Assembly (NCBI GenBank): GCA_963796965.1
Contig: CAWCNS010000011.1
Location: 704,001 to 768,000 of the forward strand
From: Calditrichia bacterium
Lineage (GTDB): Bacteria > Calditrichota > Calditrichia > JAJRVZ01
Direction of reading: 5' to 3'
Length of the DNA stretch: 64,000 nt
The position numbers and the translations under genes were made by a program. The notes under the pieces were generated by a model that was given only the letters and a program-made list of their open reading frames with translations, made no database searches and had not been told where the DNA came from. This document shows positions 56,920-64,000 of the stretch, in pieces (positions within the stretch are counted from its first letter, which is position 1; each line of letters starts with the position of its first letter).

Positions 56920-57450
56920 TAATTATACAAAAGTTTAATTAAGGTATTAAAATTCCCATTTAATTGGTTTAAAAGTGATAAATATCTCCATATGAAAGAC
57001 TGTGAATAACTTGTGAATAACTGTGAATAAATCAGGCTTTTTTTTAAATAATGCCACAATAATATCTATTTTTATACAGAAATAGATTCAATAGGTGAAC
57101 AAGAGTATACAAGTTATTAAAATTAATGAACTCTAATATCCCCAACACCATTCAACCATTTTAAAAAAGATCTCAATAATAATATTTTGGCATAAACTTT
57201 TAAATAATAATGACTTACCGGATTTATACATGCCCTATTCTTAAATTCTGGCAAAAACACAACGAACTTCTGCTCTATTCCCGGGCTTGATTTAAGGGGG
57301 TTTGAAACATCTATGCTCTGTCCATCATATCGGCGAGATTTATCATCATATACGATAAATTTGTAAAATTCTAAACCATCGCTTTAGATAATCCCTTCTG
57401 GGGATAACTTTTTTTACACAAAATAACCATCATTGCCAATATCAATACTT
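56920..57450. promoter_or_regulatory. DnaA-box cluster in AT-rich intergenic region; candidate oriC
   Basis: Three perfect TGTGAATAA (=TTATTCACA) at 57001, 57012, 57022; TTTTACACA at 57412; 1-mismatch boxes TTATACAAA 56923, TTATACAGA 57072, TGGGGATAA 57399. Confidence 0.65.
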
Positions 57451-57497
57451 TTTCAGGGCATTTTACCCTCAATAATCACTATAAATTTGAAATAGGA

Positions 57498-57680
57498 CTA
57501 CCCCATCCAAAAACCTTTCCGATGTGAGAGTCCCAAAACAGCACGACAATGAGGGCAATAATAAATATACCGTCTACCAAATGCCCCACGCAGTTCCTGG
57601 TACCAAACCGTATCAATATCAATTTTACAATGCCCGCATATTGGCTTCACATTATGTTTTTCTAGCATTTCTACCATCAT
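57498..57680 (-). CDS. Small zinc-ribbon-like protein (60 aa)
   Basis: GGAGGG RBS before ATG at 57680; CGHC...CPHC; ends GLSHRKGFWMG. Confidence 0.7.
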   Translation of the reverse strand: MMVEMLEKHNVKPICGHCKIDIDTVWYQELRGAFGRRYIYYCPHCRAVLGLSHRKGFWMG

Positions 57681-57900
57681 TCTTCCCTCCGATATTTCAT
57701 GATAAAATGTGTCTAACCTAAAAACCCATTTCAAAGTCCGATACAATCAAATTAATCCAGATTCAATTAGACAATTCATATAGATATCACCTCCATGGAA
57801 ATTACATGTCAATAGTTATATATACACATGAAATAAAAAATAATTCGGGGGATCTGAATTAATTTGCAGAATTAATTGAGTAGGTCCATAGGGTTGAAAA

Positions 57901-58968
57901 TTAAAGATTGGAGATTTCTACAATTTTAGTATAGGGATCAGGAAGACCTTCAGAGCAATTGGTACACATATCAATTGATTTTCGAGCGGTTAATATTTGA
58001 TTACGGAATTTTTGTGCACCTTCACCCTGCCATAATGAGCGAAAGGTTTTGCTGTTATCAAAAAGATTACCGTAGGCATACTCGGCATCTTTGTCAAAAC
58101 AGCACGGAGAAAATGAACCATCCCAGTTAATAGCAGGATTTAGCCATAATCGTTTGCACCAGTTTTTAATTTCTCCCTTCAGGACATAGTCATCTTCGGT
58201 TCGTGTATAGCGCCGAAATTTCTCATCTTCAGGTAGAAAAGACTCTGCCTGTTGGTTAGAATATATTTGAGCCGTTTTGAAAGACAATCGATTTAAAGCC
58301 AGTTTTTTACTAATCGATATAATTTCATCTATCTCAGCCTGGTTATGTTTGAAAATTAAAAATTGTAATTCTATTATAGGAGTATCACTCATCAATCTTT
58401 TTTTAGCCGAGGCAATTCTCTCTAATGTTTCCATCACCAGTTGATAATTTCCACCAACTCTGTATTTTTCATAGGTCTCCTGATTGGTACCATCCATTGA
58501 AAAAATCAATAAATCTAATCCTGACTTTATTATCGCCTCAGCATCCCGGTCTGTGCGTATGAAATGACCGTTGGTCGAGGTTTGGGTCATGATACCCTTT
58601 TTATTGGCATAGTGTACAAATTCTAAAAAGGATTTATTAATAAAGGGTTCTCCCTGGTTCCATAGCTGGATCTGCAAAATATATTCACCAATGTCATCGA
58701 TCAATCTTTTAAAGTTCTCCAGATCCAATTTCCCCATAGCACGTTTCATTTCACCATTACCGGAAGGACACATGGGACATTTTAGATTACAAATATTTGT
58801 CGGTTCGATCATTAGTAATGGCGGATATCCCCAGATAATCGGTTTTTTTATAATTCTGGAGAGAACCAATGAAACATATATTTTGACCAAATTAATTAGG
58901 CGCCTTGGGGTAATGCTGACATTTATTAATGAGAGAGATTTAATCAGAGATTTTAGAGGTACAATCAT
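57901..58968 (-). CDS. Radical SAM protein with SPASM/twitch domain
   Basis: EPTNICNLKCPMC, QGEP, STNG, C..LW...INWDG...PCCFD...GN...W...C.NC. Confidence 0.92.
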   Translation of the reverse strand: MIVPLKSLIKSLSLINVSITPRRLINLVKIYVSLVLSRIIKKPIIWGYPPLLMIEPTNICNLKCPMCPSGNGEMKRAMGKLDLENFKRLIDDIGEYILQIQLWNQGEPFINKSFLEFVHYANKKGIMTQTSTNGHFIRTDRDAEAIIKSGLDLLIFSMDGTNQETYEKYRVGGNYQLVMETLERIASAKKRLMSDTPIIELQFLIFKHNQAEIDEIISISKKLALNRLSFKTAQIYSNQQAESFLPEDEKFRRYTRTEDDYVLKGEIKNWCKRLWLNPAINWDGSFSPCCFDKDAEYAYGNLFDNSKTFRSLWQGEGAQKFRNQILTARKSIDMCTNCSEGLPDPYTKIVEISNL

Positions 58969-59083
58969 TTTGAATTTTCTTTATTTAAGATTTGAAACTA
59001 TGGACTGTCTTGATTTATTTCTCTATCGTATCGGGAGAGAATTTATGCCACAAGATCTCAAGTACTACAAATTTACTTCAAGA

Positions 59084-60040
59084 TTATTTTTTATCTGTAT
59101 GACCATTTTCTGATCTGCGGTTTTGTCTGACACTGGCAATAATGTCTCTTGTTGACTTTATACTATCTTTGACTTCACGAAAATGGGCTCTTTTTTTGTA
59201 AATATAATAAGAGCCAATGAGGGAAGGGAAAATAGTATTAACTACAAAAAGGAACAGGGAGGTAGCAACCGCGTTTGCCGGAGAGACCCCATAGAGGCGG
59301 AAAAAAAAGACTGCTAATCCTTCACGAACTCCCAATCCAGAAATACTTATTGGTACCATTCCAGCGCACCATAAATATACTGAGGAATGAAATGTCGCAG
59401 CTAGTGATATCATATCGACCTGGTTCAATAATATATAATACTGCAAACCCATTACCAGGAAAATTCCTAAAGAGAAAAGAACATTATTAGCAAAAACAAT
59501 ATGATAGTTAACATCCTTTTCCTGCCAATCTTTAAGATAGGGTAAATGTGGAAATAAAAAATAGGTAACTACTAAAACTACTAATAGGACGAGAGAATGG
59601 AAAAAATATTGAGGAAATGTTAGGGGTATAACAATCAGTATCGCTATAAGTTTTATAAAAGTAAGAAATACTTTTTCCATTCCAAATGCGAGGATCTTAC
59701 CACGTTTCTTTCCTGGCAACATAAAAATCTTACTGAACTCTGCAGGACCACCAGGTATGATAATTCGGAATGTGAATCCCGCAAAAAAGGAGGGTAGCAA
59801 ATCTTTGATATCATAATGGTCTGAGTACTGCTCAATCAGATAACGCCAACGACGGAACTGGATCACGAGGCTCAACACACTCAAGACCATAATGAAGAGG
59901 AAATTATACAAATATATTTTACTAAAATAAGCGAGGAATTGTTTCTGGTCCACCTGCATTATGATCCAAACAACCAATACAATGCCAATGCAGATTTGAA
60001 TAATATATATGAGGCGTCTTTTAAGAATGGTATCCATCAA
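59084..60040 (-). CDS. Lysylphosphatidylglycerol synthase TM-like / UPF0104 flippase-like membrane protein
   Basis: RRWRYL, IPGG.AE..K, PISISGLGVRE; multi-TM. Confidence 0.85.
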   Translation of the reverse strand: MMDTILKRRLIYIIQICIGIVLVVWIIMQVDQKQFLAYFSKIYLYNFLFIMVLSVLSLVIQFRRWRYLIEQYSDHYDIKDLLPSFFAGFTFRIIIPGGPAEFSKIFMLPGKKRGKILAFGMEKVFLTFIKLIAILIVIPLTFPQYFFHSLVLLVVLVVTYFLFPHLPYLKDWQEKDVNYHIVFANNVLFSLGIFLVMGLQYYILLNQVDMISLAATFHSSVYLWCAGMVPISISGLGVREGLAVFFFRLYGVSPANAVATSLFLFVVNTIFPSLIGSYYIYKKRAHFREVKDSIKSTRDIIASVRQNRRSENGHTDKK

Positions 60041-60044
60041 CTGC

Positions 60045-61136
60045 CTATTTTTTCCAGTGATAATGCTGGAAGCTTCCGATCAGACTAAAAACAATAATAT
60101 ACAGCGGATAGATGATTTGCATCAAGGGAATAAAAGGAATTATATCTTTTTGTCTAAAAATAATAGCGGCCTTGATTAATGGAATAAATTCAAATATAAA
60201 TTTAAGAAAAATTAAAATCAGCCATGGTATTAGCATACTCGGATAAATAATTGGCAGAGATATTACCAGAAGATAGTAAAAAAAGATTAACGACATGAGT
60301 ACAATTGAAGATATTGATAACTGAAAAGTTTTGCTGTTTTTACGAATTTGTTGTTGGAGAACTTCCTCATTTGAGGCAGGAATTAAAGTCTGAACGAAAG
60401 TTCCCGGATCAGCACAATATTCAATTTCCCCTTCACTATGCCGATGAAAACGATTTGTTAAATGAATATCATCTCCGCTCCGGAATTTTTTCAGCGCGTG
60501 GAACCCTCCTAATTCATGATAGGCATCTTTTCGATAGGAGAGATTTCGACCCACACTGGTAAAGGGATAACCAAGCTTTACCGGAGCTGCAGCAGTAATG
60601 GCAGAGAAAAGATTATCAAATTGAAGTAGCCTGTAATACCATCTCTTTTCGTATATCAACGGAGAGTAACCCAGCACCATAGACACGTGATCCTGGAAAT
60701 AACACACCATATTTCTCAACCAGTTACAGGGAACGACGCAATCTGCATCAGTCGTAAAAATCAACTCATTTTGAGCCTGAGCGATACCCTCACGAAGGGC
60801 ATTCTTTTTACCCCTTAAGTGAGTACTTTTTTCTATAAGCCGAATTATTTTCCAGTTTTGATGGCGCTGACAGTACGTCTCAATAATCCCGGCTGTCTTA
60901 TCAGTAGAACAATCATCGACAAGGATCACTTCATAATAATCCTTGTCATAGTCAATTGATTCAAGGCTCTTCAGACAAGGCTCAATCCTGGTTTCTTCAT
61001 TTCTGGCCGCGATGACGATACTAATCGAACGATGTTTACTCTGTCCCGGTCTTTTTAATCGGCGCATTCCTATCCAGACAGCAAATAAAATGAGGAAATA
61101 TAAAATATTTAGTACAATAAAAAGATTTATGATCAA
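60045..61136 (-). CDS. Membrane glycosyltransferase family 2
   Basis: IAARNEE, VDDCSTD, GKK.AL, TDADC, SGDD, QQIR; N- and C-terminal TMs. Confidence 0.9.
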   Translation of the reverse strand: MIINLFIVLNILYFLILFAVWIGMRRLKRPGQSKHRSISIVIAARNEETRIEPCLKSLESIDYDKDYYEVILVDDCSTDKTAGIIETYCQRHQNWKIIRLIEKSTHLRGKKNALREGIAQAQNELIFTTDADCVVPCNWLRNMVCYFQDHVSMVLGYSPLIYEKRWYYRLLQFDNLFSAITAAAPVKLGYPFTSVGRNLSYRKDAYHELGGFHALKKFRSGDDIHLTNRFHRHSEGEIEYCADPGTFVQTLIPASNEEVLQQQIRKNSKTFQLSISSIVLMSLIFFYYLLVISLPIIYPSMLIPWLILIFLKFIFEFIPLIKAAIIFRQKDIIPFIPLMQIIYPLYIIVFSLIGSFQHYHWKK

Positions 61137-61251
61137 TTTTTTTTAACCTTTTACACGATGAAGCTTATATTGAGATTGCGATTGCTTTGAGTTTGGAGCA
61201 TACCGGCTTTGCGTCTTGGCGAGAAGAAAATATACTGGGATAATGAGAGAT

Positions 61252-62940
61252 TTAGTACTCTAACCGCAAACCAAAGTGCAGTTCTGTAACGTCTTTCGTA
61301 TTTGCATCATCCATATATTGACTAAATCGTGTTGCTACATTAAGAAAGAGCCCATTTAGAGCCTCATATTCAGCATAAATCTCAACTTTTTTTTCACTTT
61401 CAAGGATTCCTTCCAGAAAAACACGTGTCTCTCTGGGTTCTGTTTGATCTCCGATCAAAGTGTTATGTCCTAATAAGATATCACCACCAATGTTTTCATT
61501 ATCATAGTTCCTGCCATGTTTCCACTGCCACAATTTTACCCCAACGTTGAGTCGGCGGCTGAATTGTTTTTCCAGATGGAGATAATAGACTTCTGAGTTG
61601 GGACCTGACCAGTAACCAAGTGGCACACCATCGCTAATAAACCGATTGGCATTATATTTATGTGTATAAACCCAGGGCATAATTGCTGTATATTCAAAAC
61701 GAGCAGCAAGATTCGCAATTCCGAGTGGATCCGTCAGATGCAATCCTGCCTGAAAACCATGCTTATTGCCATACCAATCGGAGCCCAATTTATCCTTGCG
61801 CAATTCATCCAGAAATAAACTGCCGTAAATTTTCACACCATTGAATAATCGAGACTCAAGATCTAATGCGAGTAAGGCATTATCCCTGTCTCTTAGTGTA
61901 TGTTCCACAGCTCGAAAATAATTTATCGGAAAAAGATAGGCCCAATCCGCTGAACGATTACCATAAATGATGGCACCCGTCAATCCCACCGCCATTCCGG
62001 TTAAGGGGGAGAATTCAAACCGATTGATCGCAATCCATTTATCCGGATGCTGTGCCTGCCCCTCCTCTGAGCGCCCGGTACTCTCTGAAAGCAGTTTTCC
62101 ATGCATGAACGTAAAACTTCCCCAACCCCAATATTTACCAATGCTGATATAGGGATATTGCTCAACGTTATCAGAAAGTATTAATGACCCTGATTCACCT
62201 AATCCCCAGGCAGTGGGTTGAATAGCAAAATGGAGATCCACCCATGGCGTACTTAACCCAAGATCTCCTCCACTGCGGTCAAAGTACGTTACTTCTTCCC
62301 GATTGTTTCGCCATGTATTTTTTAAAAATGAATCGCTGTTCCTGTATTCGAAATCGCCGTGAATGTTTGCCATAGCAACATTAACCATATATCCGAAGTT
62401 TCTGGTGATGCTGCCCCGGGCCTCAAAGTTCATTACATCCTTGCTTCTATTAATTTGTTCATTTTTTTGATCATAAGTGATTTCATAGGCAAAATCAAAA
62501 TAAAAACTGTTTGTAGAATCTTCCCACAGAAACACATGATTATCTTCTTCAGGTTGATGACGAGCAAAGAACCGAAGAAATTCATGTGCAATTTGGTTAA
62601 ATCCGGAAAAGGGCGTGTACCAGTTCTTATTTCCATCAATCTGTTTATATTTTTGGGAAGGGTCAATTTCGAATCTGAAATCCAGTAGATAATTGTCCAG
62701 AATATCCTTATCGATATGCGTTAACTCATCGCGCTTATTATTGACTCCAATAAGCAAATCAGCCACATGCCCACGGCTAAAAGGTTTTACACCATCAAGA
62801 ATATTGTCCAAAATTCCTAATGTCTCCATCCGATCCAGAAAATGATAAACCGGATTTGTCAATGGAACACTCACTGGGTTATCAGCTGTTAGTGGCACAA
62901 CAAAAAGTAATAGGATCAGAAGTACAATAATTTTCTTCAT
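61252..62940 (-). CDS. Capsule assembly Wzi-like outer-membrane protein
   Basis: Signal peptide, VY.FLDR....G...KPFSR, WG.GESGSLILSDN, DNALL..D, LGYW.GPNS, terminal LRLEY beta-signal. Confidence 0.72.
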   Translation of the reverse strand: MKKIIVLLILLLFVVPLTADNPVSVPLTNPVYHFLDRMETLGILDNILDGVKPFSRGHVADLLIGVNNKRDELTHIDKDILDNYLLDFRFEIDPSQKYKQIDGNKNWYTPFSGFNQIAHEFLRFFARHQPEEDNHVFLWEDSTNSFYFDFAYEITYDQKNEQINRSKDVMNFEARGSITRNFGYMVNVAMANIHGDFEYRNSDSFLKNTWRNNREEVTYFDRSGGDLGLSTPWVDLHFAIQPTAWGLGESGSLILSDNVEQYPYISIGKYWGWGSFTFMHGKLLSESTGRSEEGQAQHPDKWIAINRFEFSPLTGMAVGLTGAIIYGNRSADWAYLFPINYFRAVEHTLRDRDNALLALDLESRLFNGVKIYGSLFLDELRKDKLGSDWYGNKHGFQAGLHLTDPLGIANLAARFEYTAIMPWVYTHKYNANRFISDGVPLGYWSGPNSEVYYLHLEKQFSRRLNVGVKLWQWKHGRNYDNENIGGDILLGHNTLIGDQTEPRETRVFLEGILESEKKVEIYAEYEALNGLFLNVATRFSQYMDDANTKDVTELHFGLRLEY

Positions 62941-63109
62941 AGGGCGATGTTAATTTAATTGACCATGCTTTAAATTACAAGAAGGGCTAATAGTACTCCT
63001 AATGTCTGCAAAAATTAATATTACCTAAATATGGTATTACTATTTGCCTTTTGTCTAATATCTTTTAAATTCCTCTTTTCCTTGAATGAATTAATCTGGA
63101 TAAAGTTCA

Positions 63110-64000
63110 ATGATTATTCTTAATGAGTTGGTGCTCAGCCGGCTTCTTCGCTCGCTAAACATCCGAAGAATCGGCAATATTATTAAAACAACCCTTGCGT
63201 TTATATTTTCTGCGTTAACCGGTAAACCAGTGGTCTGGGGAATGCCTCCGGTTTTAACCATCGAACCGACCAACATGTGTAATCTGCACTGCCCCCTCTG
63301 TACAACAGGATCCGGTGAAATGGAACGAAGTGCCGGCAGAATGTCTATGGAGACATTTAATAAAATTATGACACAGTTGGGTAATGATATATTCTTTTTG
63401 TTAATTTATCATCAGGGTGAGCCCTATATGAACAAGCATTTTTTCGACTTTGTAAAAATGGCAAAAAGAAAAAATATCTATGTAACGACCAGTACCAACG
63501 GACATTATTTTACCGAAATAAATATACAAAAAACGCTGGAATCTGGTCTGGATAGTATGATTATATCGTTGGATGGCATCGATCAGAAGAGCTACGAAAA
63601 ATACCGGGTAGGTGGTCAATTGAAAAGAGTTCTTGATGGCACGAGGGACCTTCTTTTAGAACGAAATAAGAGAGGTCTAAAGACGCCAAATGTAGCCCTC
63701 CAGTTTCTGGTGATGAAGCAAAATGAACATCAGATTGGCGAAGTTAAAAAATTATCAGAACAATTGGGTGTGGATAGGTTATTGATTAAAAATATAGAAG
63801 TACGTTCGTTGGAGGAGGCAGAAGAATGGCTTCCCTCAAATGAGAAATATCGACGTTATGATTATAGCGGTCATGATTATAAAGTAAAAGGTTCTGAAAA
63901 AAATTCTTGTACCCGGCCCTGGCTCTCAACATTGATCAATTGGGATGGTACATTTGTACCATGTTGTTTTGATAAGAACGGGAAATATCCAATGGGAAAT
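63110..64000 (+). CDS. Radical SAM/SPASM protein, paralog of 57901-58968 (runs off window end)
   Basis: Manual translation from ATG 63110: ...KPVVWGMPPVLTIEPTNMCNLHCPLC..G...HQGEP...STNGH...YEKYRVGG...CTRPW...INWDG.FVPCCFDK. Not in the ORF track. Confidence 0.9.
   Translation, partial: MIILNELVLSRLLRSLNIRRIGNIIKTTLAFIFSALTGKPVVWGMPPVLTIEPTNMCNLHCPLCTTGSGEMERSAGRMSMETFNKIMTQLGNDIFFLLIYHQGEPYMNKHFFDFVKMAKRKNIYVTTSTNGHYFTEINIQKTLESGLDSMIISLDGIDQKSYEKYRVGGQLKRVLDGTRDLLLERNKRGLKTPNVALQFLVMKQNEHQIGEVKKLSEQLGVDRLLIKNIEVRSLEEAEEWLPSNEKYRRYDYSGHDYKVKGSEKNSCTRPWLSTLINWDGTFVPCCFDKNGKYPMGN

Noticed and set aside
57001..57030. TGTGAATAA x3 as a CRISPR or microsatellite
   Set aside because: Units are 9 nt with 1-2 nt gaps, with no spacers and no cas genes; they match the DnaA-box consensus.
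57421..57448. DnaA-trio array after the 57399/57412 box pair
   Set aside because: A 3-nt periodicity is visible (CAT CAT TGC CAA TAT CAA TAC), but it does not give clean TAG/TAA-type trios on the expected strand; too weak to call.

Overview
Chromosomal core region of an AT-rich (roughly 35-40% GC by eye) diderm bacterium. Secreted proteins with FlgD-Ig/T9SS-like C-terminal domains suggest the FCB/Calditrichota neighbourhood (inference). Left to right: (1) a Wzx/Wzy surface-polysaccharide locus (1-11.6 kb); (2) rnc plus the yceD-rpmF-plsX-fabH-fabD-fabG-acpP-fabF cluster; (3) a co-oriented energy cluster pruA - ArcE-like NTPase - arcC - sucCD - ndk - hbd - ackA; (4) mixed housekeeping and accessory genes (tsaD, YbbR/CdaR-like, mutM, trxB, APC permease, GH106, C1 peptidase, orphan DNA methyltransferase, Ni-SOD); (5) a ~600-bp AT-rich intergenic region with a DnaA-box cluster (candidate oriC, no dnaA nearby); (6) a GT2/flippase-like/Wzi-like cluster bracketed by two paralogous radical SAM-SPASM genes. 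Many essential genes carry single-base frameshifts, most likely long-read assembly errors. The most distinctive non-coding signal is a set of intergenic repeats: inverted arms built from 8-11-nt periodic units, heptamer arrays abutting stop codons, and small GC-rich palindromes nested inside the arms. No transposase, CRISPR array, rRNA or tRNA was recognised.
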